Positions 9,369 to 18,380 of a DNA stretch of 64,000 bases are shown piece after piece. The position numbers were made by a program, and so were the translations under genes. Positions within the stretch are counted from its first letter, which is position 1. The number at the start of each line of letters is the position of its first letter. Location of the stretch: NCBI GenBank assembly GCA_043803945.1, contig JAZDJN010000064.1, positions 33,506-97,505 on the forward strand. The letters are read 5' to 3'. The DNA is from a bacterium (lineage in GTDB: Bacteria > Bacteroidota > Ignavibacteria > UBA10030). A model generated the notes under the pieces. The model was not told the DNA's origin. It did no database searches and saw only the letters and a program-made list of their open reading frames with translations.

Positions 9369-12300
9369 TCGAAAAAATTATTGATTACTGCGCACGCAAC
9401 AAGTTTGTCGTGATTCTCTTTTACCTTATCATTATTGGCTGGGGCATCTGGGCTGTCGCCAATACACCGTTAGATGCAATCCCCGATCTTTCGGAGAATC
9501 AAGTCATTGTCTTTACAGAATGGATGGGACGTGCACCGAAATTGGTGGAAGATCAGATCACCTTTCCGCTGGTGACGGCGCTGCAGGGTGTTCCACAAGT
9601 TCATGCAATTCGTGCAACATCGATGTTCGGGATGTCTTTCATCTATATTATTTTCAATGAATCGACTGATCCGTACTGGGCGCGCAGCCGGGTGCTGGAA
9701 AAACTCTCAACAATACAGTCCTCTCTGCCTCAAGGAGCAAAATTACAACTTGGCCCGGACGGCACCGGCGTCGGGCATGTATTCTGGTATACACTTGAAG
9801 GGAAGTACGATCTCGGAACGTTGAGAGCTATTCAGGATTGGTATGTGAAGTTGAATCTGCAAGGTGTACAGGGTGTTGCCGAGGTTGCATCGGTAGGCGG
9901 ATTCGTGCGACAATATCAGGTGGATGTCAATCCGAACAAGATGAAAGCATACGGCATTACGCTTGCGGATATCAAAAATGGGATTATGCGTTCGAACAAC
10001 GATGTCGGCGGCAAGATACTAGAAATTTCCGATGCGGAATATTTTGTCCGGGGGCAGGGCTATATCCAGTCTCAACGCGACATTGAAAATATAGTCGTCG
10101 GTTCCGCAACGAGCGGCGTCCCTATTTACATTCGTAATATCGGCACGGTACAATTGGGCGGAGATATCCGGCGCGGTTCTATCGAGAAAGATGGTCAAGG
10201 CCAGGCCGTTGGCGGTATCGTTGTGATGCGGTATGGCGAGAATGCCAAAGAAGTTATTGACCACGTTAAGAAACGCATTGAGGAAATTACACCCGGATTG
10301 CCAAGCGGCGTTTCAATCAAAGCATCGTACGACAGAAGCAGCCTTATCGAGGCGGCTGTCGACACGTTGAAGCATGCACTCATCGAAGAGGCTATCGTTG
10401 TCAGTCTCGTCGTGTTGTTGTTCCTGCTTCACTTCAGAAGTGTGTTGCGTATTATCATTGAGATTCCGGTTGCTGTATTGATCGCGTTTATCTGCATGAA
10501 GCTTTTCGGTATTACGTCCAACATCATGTCGCTCGGAGGTATTGCTATCGCTATTGGTGTTATTGTGGATGCCTCCATCGTTCTTGTAGAAAATGCTTAC
10601 AGGAATGTTGCACGGGCACAGGAGACAAAAGGAGCGCTGACGAAAGAGGATTTTATAGAAATATCGATTCTCTCCGCGAAACAGGTCGGCCCTGCTATAT
10701 TTTATTCCGTTGCCATCATGGTTGTCTCCTTCCTTCCGGTGTTTCTCCTGGAGGGACAGGAGGGAAAACTCTTCAGGCCGTTGGCATTTACAAAAACATT
10801 CGTACTTGCCGGCTCTGCAATCATTGCCATTACACTTGTACCGATGTTAATGACCATGCTGACACGAGGAAAATTCCGTACCGAAAATCAAAATCCCATT
10901 ACTCGGATACTCAACCGTCTCTACGCCCCTGTCATCCACTGGGTGTTGAAATGGAGAAAAACAACCATCGCGTTCAATGTTATCGCACTTCTTGTGACAA
11001 TCCCGATGATCATGAGCATGGGATCGGAATTTATGCCACCGCTGGATGAAGGAAGCTTGCTCTTCATGCCGGTCACCTTGCCCTCTGCTTCCATCACGGA
11101 AGTCAATCGGATTCTCCAGGTGCAGGATGCAATTATCAAGTCTGTTCCAGAGGTGGAGACGGTTCTTGGCAAAGCCGGCAGAGCTGAGACTTCAACAGAT
11201 CCGGCGCCGGTGAGTATGATTGAATCGATAATTTTACTCAAACCAAAAAGCCAATGGCGGCCGGGCATCACCAAGAATGATATAATTTCTGAACTTGACT
11301 CGAAGCTGCAGATTCCCGGAGTGCGTAACGGTTGGACACAACCGATTATCAACCGGATTAACATGCTTTCGACCGGTGTACGAACGGATCTTGGCGTAAA
11401 GATATTCGGAAAAGATCTTGATACACTGGAACAACTTGCCATCGAATCTGAGCAAATACTCAGGAAGGTGCCTGGTGCAGCCGATCTCTATGCTGAACGT
11501 ACGCAGGGTGGGCTCTTTGTTGATATCAACATTAATCGTGAAGCTGTCGCTCGATACGGCATTAATGTGGGCGACGTACAGGATGTGATTGAAACGGCTG
11601 TGGGTGGTGAGAATATCGGCACTGTTATCGACGGACGGCAGCGCTTTCCTATCCGAGTGCGGTACGAACGGGACTACAGAAACAACATAGAGGCGCTGAA
11701 GAACCTTCTTGTCCCCGTCAATGTTGGAGGCGGATTATCGATGCAGACACAAGCCTCTTCGGCTGGAATGGGAAGCAGTATGGGGTCTCCAGGCAGTTCC
11801 TCAATGAGTGCTTCTGCGTCACCAATAAAACCTGCCCGATCGGCAGGCGGGCAAGCACCAATCGCAAATTCCCCATCGTCATTGCCGCGGGTGTCATCGC
11901 GGACATATATACCGCTTGGACAGTTAGCAAGCGTCGAAATTGTTCCCGGGCCTCCGATGATTTCCAGTGAAGATGCTCAACTCCGTTCAATTGTTTTTTT
12001 AAATGTGCGCGGACGCGATATGGGTGGATTTGTGGAAGAAGCCAAAAATGTTCTCCTCAACGAGCTTCGCCTGCCTGCCGGTTACACCCTTCAATGGAGC
12101 GGTCAGTGGGAAAATCAGGTTCGTGCAAAGAAACGTATGGAATTATTGATGCCGATTGTTTTCCTTATCATTTTCGTGATGTTGTATTTTACGACGAAGG
12201 ATTTTACCGAAGCAGCAGTTGTCATGCTCTCTGTTCCATTTGCACTTATCGGTGGCGTATATCTCGTATATTTGCTCGGATACAATTTATCCGTGGCGGT

Positions 12301-12715
12301 GTGGGTTGGATTCATCGCTCTGTATGGTCTTGCGGTAGAAACTGGCGTTGTTATGGTCATCTATCTGCACGAGTCATTGGACAGGAGAATTCATGCCCAT
12401 CAATCCGGGAAGCGCGGAGCGATAACGATGCAGGATATTTACGATGCAACGGTCGAAGGTTCTGTGTTGCGTCTACGCCCAAAAATAATGACTGTTGGAA
12501 CAGCGATGATTGGTCTAATTCCCATTATGTGGAGCACCGGCGTTGGTGCCGATGTCATGCAGCCCCTTGCAGCGCCAATGATCGGAGGATTGATCACATC
12601 CACCATCCATGTCCTCGTCGTTACACCGATTCTTTTCAGTTACATGAAAGAATACGCGTTGAAGAAGGGGACATTAGAGATGTCCAAGATGGCAAGCTGG
12701 ATGAAAGAAGAATAA
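9365..12715 (+). CDS. cusA: CusA/CzcA-family heavy-metal RND efflux permease
   Basis: DAIPDLSENQVIV, GPDGTGVG, EFMPPLDEG, RINMLSTG, RLRPKIMT. Confidence 0.95.
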   Translation: MIEKIIDYCARNKFVVILFYLIIIGWGIWAVANTPLDAIPDLSENQVIVFTEWMGRAPKLVEDQITFPLVTALQGVPQVHAIRATSMFGMSFIYIIFNESTDPYWARSRVLEKLSTIQSSLPQGAKLQLGPDGTGVGHVFWYTLEGKYDLGTLRAIQDWYVKLNLQGVQGVAEVASVGGFVRQYQVDVNPNKMKAYGITLADIKNGIMRSNNDVGGKILEISDAEYFVRGQGYIQSQRDIENIVVGSATSGVPIYIRNIGTVQLGGDIRRGSIEKDGQGQAVGGIVVMRYGENAKEVIDHVKKRIEEITPGLPSGVSIKASYDRSSLIEAAVDTLKHALIEEAIVVSLVVLLFLLHFRSVLRIIIEIPVAVLIAFICMKLFGITSNIMSLGGIAIAIGVIVDASIVLVENAYRNVARAQETKGALTKEDFIEISILSAKQVGPAIFYSVAIMVVSFLPVFLLEGQEGKLFRPLAFTKTFVLAGSAIIAITLVPMLMTMLTRGKFRTENQNPITRILNRLYAPVIHWVLKWRKTTIAFNVIALLVTIPMIMSMGSEFMPPLDEGSLLFMPVTLPSASITEVNRILQVQDAIIKSVPEVETVLGKAGRAETSTDPAPVSMIESIILLKPKSQWRPGITKNDIISELDSKLQIPGVRNGWTQPIINRINMLSTGVRTDLGVKIFGKDLDTLEQLAIESEQILRKVPGAADLYAERTQGGLFVDININREAVARYGINVGDVQDVIETAVGGENIGTVIDGRQRFPIRVRYERDYRNNIEALKNLLVPVNVGGGLSMQTQASSAGMGSSMGSPGSSSMSASASPIKPARSAGGQAPIANSPSSLPRVSSRTYIPLGQLASVEIVPGPPMISSEDAQLRSIVFLNVRGRDMGGFVEEAKNVLLNELRLPAGYTLQWSGQWENQVRAKKRMELLMPIVFLIIFVMLYFTTKDFTEAAVVMLSVPFALIGGVYLVYLLGYNLSVAVWVGFIALYGLAVETGVVMVIYLHESLDRRIHAHQSGKRGAITMQDIYDATVEGSVLRLRPKIMTVGTAMIGLIPIMWSTGVGADVMQPLAAPMIGGLITSTIHVLVVTPILFSYMKEYALKKGTLEMSKMASWMKEE

Positions 12716-12757
12716 CAGTAATTAATTCAATCAAAACCAATACATAAGGAGTACTAC

Positions 12758-13015
12758 ATGAAACGATTCACACTGTTGTTTGCTCTCCTCATCATCGGTG
12801 GTGTAATAGCCAATGCAATTGCACAGGGTTAGTAACAATCTAAAACCGGTCCAAAAATGGACCAGACAAAAAAACAGACGAAAGAAACCTATGCCTGCCC
12901 GATGCATTCTGAAGTTGTTTCTGATAGACCTGGCAAATGTCCCAAGTGCGGAATGAAGCTTCGGAAAGTTAAAGTATCCTCTTCTGCAAAAAAAGGCCAT
13001 AAAGAACGGAGCTGA
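12758..13015 (+). pseudogene. Small secreted heavy-metal-binding-domain protein interrupted by in-frame TAG TAA
   Basis: RBS AAGGAG; MKRFTLLFALLIIGGVIANAIAQG, stops at 12830-12835, then the same frame continues to YACPMHSEVVSDRPGKCPKCGMKL and TGA at 13013. Confidence 0.75.
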
Positions 13016-13025
13016 AAGGTGCAGG

Positions 13026-14345
13026 TTAAAGGAATGTGAACAAAAATGCGCAGAGAAATCCGGCAATGGTTGCCAGGCCGACCGAGGGGCCGCCATCTTC
13101 GTACGCTTCGGGCATCATCACAGAGGAGACCATAGCGAGTATTCCTCCGCCGGCTATTGCTTCTACCAATGCAATGAGCGTGGGCGGCGCAGCGGAGAGA
13201 TAAAGGTTGCCAACAGCCGCAGCAACCGCTCCGAACAACATCAGAACCCCCCAGAGTGTAAATATTCGTTTTGTACTGAATCCCGCATGCTGCATGCCGA
13301 CGGCACTCGACATCGCTTCGGGCAGATTGGCAAGGAAGACAGCGATAAGGAAGGTAAACTTGAACGACTCCAGCGATGTGTAACTCGATCCGATAACGAT
13401 CGACTCTGGAATGCCGTCAAGCATGGCGCCGAGAAAGATTGCCAGCGGTGCAACCGACTCAACATTTTTTTTGATCATGCTGAGTTCGTCGCTTTTGGAA
13501 ATCCGCTGAATGTTCGCAACGGCAATATGCTGCCAGAGGCCCGCATCCAATCGTCCCTTCGACACTTCAACGTTCTTCAGCAGACGCTGAGTGGACAATT
13601 GTTCAACCGCCACCCGAAGCCGCGGCGAATGATCCATCAATTCATCAAACAACTCTTTTTCAATCTTTAGAAGCGACGTCTCTTCAACCGCAATGGCTGT
13701 GGCAGAACGGGGCTCTCCGGAGAGAAGTGCAATCTCTCCAAAGGATTGGCCGGGTCCCAGTCTGGCAAACGGTGCTTCATTCTCTCTGGATTGATCGGTA
13801 AGAATATCAACATGCCCTTCATCGATACAATACAGTGCATCCGCCTTATCGCCCTGTCGGAAAATTGCCTCGCCTGAGCGTACCTTGACTGGTTGAATAC
13901 ATGACAGCACGTCTTCCATTTCTTCGGGCGGCAGGGAGCGGACCAGTTCAATTTTTGAGAGGCGTTCCAGAATTGCTACAGACTCACTGCGCTTTTTATT
14001 GATGAGGAAGGCTTTTGTCAATGCCGGGTGTCGGAGCGCCGCACCACGCCGCTCGAGCATGCGGTTTGCGAGATAGTAGACAACACCTCCTGTGATAAAA
14101 CCAATGGTAACCCAGAACCAACTTTCAATTCCTGTAAGGTGTGCCTTGTGTATCAGTTGCTCGGCATTATCGTAGGCTAGCTCCAATGCAACTGCCTGAA
14201 TCAGTGCTCCGGTGCCAAACGCCATGACGATCGCGTTGACCCGCTGTGAAGGATGAGAGAAAACTCCGATGAGCGCACCGATCACAAGCGCGGACATTGC
14301 CAGAACTGCCATCGCTGTAGCGCCAAGAACAACATCAAACTGCAA
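13026..14345 (-). CDS. ZIP/ZupT-family metal transporter with inserted cyclic-nucleotide-binding domain
   Basis: MAFGTGALI (TM2), LDGIPES and LANLPEA (TM4/5), MMPEAY; between TM3 and TM4 IFRQGD..DALY..FGEIALLSGEPRSATAIA; probable TTG start after AGGAGA. Confidence 0.82.
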   Translation of the reverse strand: MQFDVVLGATAMAVLAMSALVIGALIGVFSHPSQRVNAIVMAFGTGALIQAVALELAYDNAEQLIHKAHLTGIESWFWVTIGFITGGVVYYLANRMLERRGAALRHPALTKAFLINKKRSESVAILERLSKIELVRSLPPEEMEDVLSCIQPVKVRSGEAIFRQGDKADALYCIDEGHVDILTDQSRENEAPFARLGPGQSFGEIALLSGEPRSATAIAVEETSLLKIEKELFDELMDHSPRLRVAVEQLSTQRLLKNVEVSKGRLDAGLWQHIAVANIQRISKSDELSMIKKNVESVAPLAIFLGAMLDGIPESIVIGSSYTSLESFKFTFLIAVFLANLPEAMSSAVGMQHAGFSTKRIFTLWGVLMLFGAVAAAVGNLYLSAAPPTLIALVEAIAGGGILAMVSSVMMPEAYEDGGPSVGLATIAGFLCAFLFTFL

Positions 14346-14675
14346 GAGAGATTCTCCTATCCCACGAGTTGTTGAATATGAGAAGAATAAGTGCGTTGCT
14401 GCGTCGTAAAATACTTCCTTTTCCTGCAAGTCGCAATTCATTGACCAGGATTAGCAGGATTAAAAGATTTACAGGATTAAAAAGATTTGCCACGAAGGCA
14501 AAGTGAAAACAGAAACGGATAAATGGTTTGGGGAAATGTATCGTTGTCACAACAGTGACAAACAATTCTATGTCCTTTGTGCTCTCTGTGGCTAATCTAA
14601 TTGTATCTATTCATTCATCTCTGTAGATTATCGCCAGACGATGAATTCAACGAGCCTCACTCAAGGAATTGTCCT

Positions 14676-16016
14676 ATGGATCAGACCATCATTAAGAACC
14701 GGAGAATACGGCTCTTTGCAGTCGTGCTCCTTCTTCTGAATGCTTTCGCAACTGAGTCACTGCTCCGGTCGCAGGAAAAAAACTCTACAGCGCTCGCGAC
14801 TGAAATTCTTGCCGATACGACACTTCCCGCAGCCCTGACCCTGGCAAAGGAAACACTCCGTTCAGGATTCGTTGCCGGTTCGGGGTACGATGAGGTGTGG
14901 ATTCGCGACCTTAATACGTTCATTCTGCTGTCACTTCAACTGCTTGATCCGGAACGTGTGGAACATCAACTACGAATGTTCCTCCGGTTCCAGAGCGACG
15001 AGGGGGAAATTGTCGATGGTTTTGTGCCGGACTCGCTTTCAAGTGTGCCTTACCAATACATTCGGAATAGAAGTATTTCGAGATATGCCGCTCATAAAAA
15101 CACCGTCGCTACCGATCAAGAGGCCTCACTCGTCCAGGCGGTATGGAAATATGTTCACGCCACAGGTAACCGCGCCTTCCTCGAAACCCGGGTTGATAGC
15201 ATTCGGGTTATCGACCGGCTTGAAAAAGCATTGTTCTTCCTCCTCGGATATCGATACTCGATGATGTATGGATTGCTCTGGGGTGCTACAACTGTCGACT
15301 GGGGCGACGTTCAGCCGGAACATCCCTGGGGTGTTGAACTGGATGGCGACACCCATTATGCCGTCGATGTTTATGATAACGCTATGATGCTCATTGCCAT
15401 TCAGAATTTCCTCATGCTCTCGCCCGAGAATCCACGCCGATCGTTCTGGGAGGGATGGCACGATCGGATTAAACGAAATGTCCGCACGAAACTCTGGGAC
15501 GGGACCAAATTCATTCCGCATCTCTATATTGACGGCTCTCCGTTTCCGTCAACATTCAACGAACGAGAACTTTATTACCATGGAGGCACGGCTGTTGCGA
15601 TTGAGGCAGGTCTGCTGACACGCGAAGAAATCCAGCGTTCACTTGCCATCATGCGCAGTAATGTCCGGCAGGCAGGTGCAAGCTCGATTGGGCTCACACT
15701 TCATCCTGTATATCCCATGGGATTTTTCAAGAACTCTGCACTTGTCCCTTACAGCTACCAGAATGGCGGCGACTGGCCATGGTTTGGCGGACGCATGGTC
15801 CAGGCGTTGATCACCCATGGGTTTGTTGAGGATGCCTATTTCGAACTGAAGCCCATGGTTGCCCATGCACTTCGCAATCGCGGATACTATGAGTGGTATA
15901 CCTTGAAGGGCGAGCCGAAAGGTTCCGGAACATTCCGCGGCGCAGCCGGCGTTGTCGGTAAGGCTATTCAGATGCTTCTGGAATGGGCGCAGGCAGAACA
16001 GGAAGGAAAGAAGTAA
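14676..16016 (+). CDS. Secreted six-hairpin (alpha/alpha)6 glycoside hydrolase-like protein
   Basis: Signal peptide; GYDEVWIRD, DWGD and YQNGGDWPW motifs of GH78/GDE/trehalase-like fold. Confidence 0.65.
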   Translation: MDQTIIKNRRIRLFAVVLLLLNAFATESLLRSQEKNSTALATEILADTTLPAALTLAKETLRSGFVAGSGYDEVWIRDLNTFILLSLQLLDPERVEHQLRMFLRFQSDEGEIVDGFVPDSLSSVPYQYIRNRSISRYAAHKNTVATDQEASLVQAVWKYVHATGNRAFLETRVDSIRVIDRLEKALFFLLGYRYSMMYGLLWGATTVDWGDVQPEHPWGVELDGDTHYAVDVYDNAMMLIAIQNFLMLSPENPRRSFWEGWHDRIKRNVRTKLWDGTKFIPHLYIDGSPFPSTFNERELYYHGGTAVAIEAGLLTREEIQRSLAIMRSNVRQAGASSIGLTLHPVYPMGFFKNSALVPYSYQNGGDWPWFGGRMVQALITHGFVEDAYFELKPMVAHALRNRGYYEWYTLKGEPKGSGTFRGAAGVVGKAIQMLLEWAQAEQEGKK

Positions 16017-16037
16017 CAGCTTTGAATAATAAACCGC

Positions 16038-16072
16038 CCTGCCTGCCGAAGTGCCTTCGGCACGCAGGCAGG
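16038..16072. repeat. REP-like palindrome (CCTGCCTGCC...GCAGGCAGG) between convergent genes
   Basis: cctgcctgccgaagtgccttcggcacgcaggcagg; related nested palindrome at 40540-40604. Confidence 0.6.
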
Positions 16073-16145
16073 CATGACGCCAAGACCGCCAAAAATGCCA
16101 ACAGAATTAATAGAGTAAAAGAAGAATCACTTTCGATAACGATGT

Positions 16146-17063
16146 TCATTCTGGATGGTGAAGCACGGTTTCATGAACACTGCTGTTGATCAAACCTTTC
16201 AAGAGATTCATGTTTTCAACATCTTCTTTCATATCCTCGCCCTTTGGGGTTTCGAGAATTTTCGGTGTGTGTGCAAACCGTTCATCGTTCATCAACATGC
16301 GAAACCCAACAAGGCCAATCGCTCCTTTACCGATGTGTTCATGCCGATCAACCCGCGACCCGAGCCCGCGTTTCGAGTCATTGACATGGAATGCCGCCAA
16401 TCGTTTAAATCCCACGACATGATCGAACTCTTTCATCGTTCGTTCATATCCCTGCTCTGTAGAAAGATCGTAACCGGCAGCAAAGATATGGCAAGTATCG
16501 ATTGTGACCGCCATTCGCCTCTTGTTCTCCACGAGATCGATAATTCGGCGCAACTCCTCAAAGCGATGGCCAATGGACGTGCCTTGACCCGCGGTCGCCT
16601 CAAGAACACTCTTCACCCGATATCCCTTTGTCCGTTCATGGATGAGGTTTAACGATTCTGCAATGCGTTCGATTCCTGCCTCCTCCCCGGCACCCATATG
16701 AGAACCGGGGTGAAAATTAAGATACTGAATGCCGAGCCCTTCACACCGATTGAGTTCATCGATGAGTGTCTCGCGGGACTTTTTCAGAATCCGTATATTC
16801 GTTGCACAAAGATTAATCAGGTACGTGCTGTGGGCGACAACGGGCGCCACGCCGGATTGTTCGATCAATCGTTTGAAGTGTGCGCGTACTTCGTCATCGA
16901 TCGTCGTCCCCTTCCACTGTGTATTGTTTTTCACAAACATGGATATTGTTGTGCAGCCGATACGCATGGCACGCTCCACCGCGGTGTGGACGCCGCCGGC
17001 AATGGACATATGGGCACCAAGCAGCAACGGTTGGGATTGAGGTAATGGCTGATTCATCATCAC
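16146..17063 (-). CDS. nfo: Endonuclease IV (deoxyribonuclease IV)
   Basis: LGAHMSIAGG, HSTYLINL, FHPGSH, LEATAGQG, DTCHIFAAGYD, HVNDSK, DRHEHIG, ILETP. Confidence 0.96.
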   Translation of the reverse strand: MMMNQPLPQSQPLLLGAHMSIAGGVHTAVERAMRIGCTTISMFVKNNTQWKGTTIDDEVRAHFKRLIEQSGVAPVVAHSTYLINLCATNIRILKKSRETLIDELNRCEGLGIQYLNFHPGSHMGAGEEAGIERIAESLNLIHERTKGYRVKSVLEATAGQGTSIGHRFEELRRIIDLVENKRRMAVTIDTCHIFAAGYDLSTEQGYERTMKEFDHVVGFKRLAAFHVNDSKRGLGSRVDRHEHIGKGAIGLVGFRMLMNDERFAHTPKILETPKGEDMKEDVENMNLLKGLINSSVHETVLHHPE

Positions 17064-17163
17064 AATGATGTGGGATAGATGTTAGTGAACTCTTTTATTA
17101 TTCGGTGATTATGCGTGTGCCATCGGTGGTGAAAGATGCTCTATTACCTGTTATGCTGAGCAA

Positions 17164-18078
17164 TTACCCCTGAATGTTTAGTTTGCTCAATTCCTTTGTA
17201 CCTATACCATGTTCGTGAGCAAACTGTATCATCGCTACATCGTTCCGGCTCAGAAATCGTTCGGCACAGAGTTGGTCGACCGCGACACAATCGGTACCCG
17301 CCACAACAGCACGCGGTTTTTTGATCTCTCCCGGTCCCGCCGGCCCATTTGTGGTGATCAACTCTGTAGCGTCAACCACACAGAGGTTCGGTTTACGAAT
17401 CAGATTAACATCGGCAATGCATTGGGAGAGGAACTTCACATCATCGTACGCACCGCTTGCGCCTGAGCCCATGTGGAAATACCGGCAGGTGGCACGCCCG
17501 CAGGCTCCCATAAAATTTTTCAGGTTTGCTGTGAACTGAGTACCGCGGTGGTCTTTGGCAATCGGAATATTGATAAACACATCGACATCGAGCAGCGTTT
17601 TTGAGACTTCTGCTTCTTTCAGGGACTTCCCTTTGGCAATCTTCATTGTAACAGTGTTGCTGCTTCGTGTAAGCTTCTCTGTCTCCCGCTGAAACTTTGT
17701 GGAGAGGGCACTGCGTTTCCAATAATTTGCAGGAGTGCTTTCGATTGTTGAGACCTCTTTTACCCCGGCGTCGAGACACATTTTCAGGACTGCAAGAGCG
17801 ACATCGGGATTCGTAAAGGAGCCGGGCCTGCTCCAGACAGAATTGATGAGCAATCCCACTGTCGCACCGGGCTTGACGAACTTTTTCATTCCTCCCAAAC
17901 CATCAACCGCCGCCAGGGTATTCTCAAAATATTGTTCGCCCGTTACAACCTGAATATCAACTCTCCGGTTCTTCTGCTCGCCGAACAGCAGCCCCGGCGC
18001 AACACCTCCGGATACTGTTACCACTCCGGCAACAAGGCTCTTCTGAAGAAATTCACGGCGATCGATGCGCTGATTCAT
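17164..18078 (-). CDS. Tat-exported DUF362 domain protein
   Basis: DRREFL twin-arginine signal; GGMKKFVKPG, TNPDV, INIPIAKDH, LKNFMG, NGP.GPG, VAVD. Confidence 0.8.
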   Translation of the reverse strand: MNQRIDRREFLQKSLVAGVVTVSGGVAPGLLFGEQKNRRVDIQVVTGEQYFENTLAAVDGLGGMKKFVKPGATVGLLINSVWSRPGSFTNPDVALAVLKMCLDAGVKEVSTIESTPANYWKRSALSTKFQRETEKLTRSSNTVTMKIAKGKSLKEAEVSKTLLDVDVFINIPIAKDHRGTQFTANLKNFMGACGRATCRYFHMGSGASGAYDDVKFLSQCIADVNLIRKPNLCVVDATELITTNGPAGPGEIKKPRAVVAGTDCVAVDQLCAERFLSRNDVAMIQFAHEHGIGTKELSKLNIQG

Positions 18079-18307
18079 AGTGGCTCCTGATAGAAATGGG
18101 TAGTTGCTGTTCTCTGCTGTTGTTCAGTTTGAGTGCTGTTCAAGGAAGATGGTCCGGTTCGGGTTAGAAACACTTCGATCCATCGCATCTTTCTTTACGA
18201 TTGGTCAAAGATAACTCTCGGCGTTCATGTGTACAACTCTATTATGACAATCACAGAATTGGAGTCATAGGGATCGTCGGAGGAAGTGGTAAAGATGTTT
18301 CCTAAAT

Positions 18308-18360
18308 TAAATGACCGTCACCTTCCTCAAGACATCTTATTGAGAGATGACGGTCATTTA
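18308..18360. terminator. Long hairpin downstream of the minus-strand gene 18381..20414
   Basis: TAAATGACCGTCA...TGACGGTCATTTA 13-bp inverted repeat. Confidence 0.55.
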
Positions 18361-18380
18361 CCTTCATGATCTTCCAGGAA

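Noticed and set aside
14447-14490. Short CAGGATTAAAAGATTT direct repeats
   Set aside because: Only two to three low-complexity copies, with no assignable function
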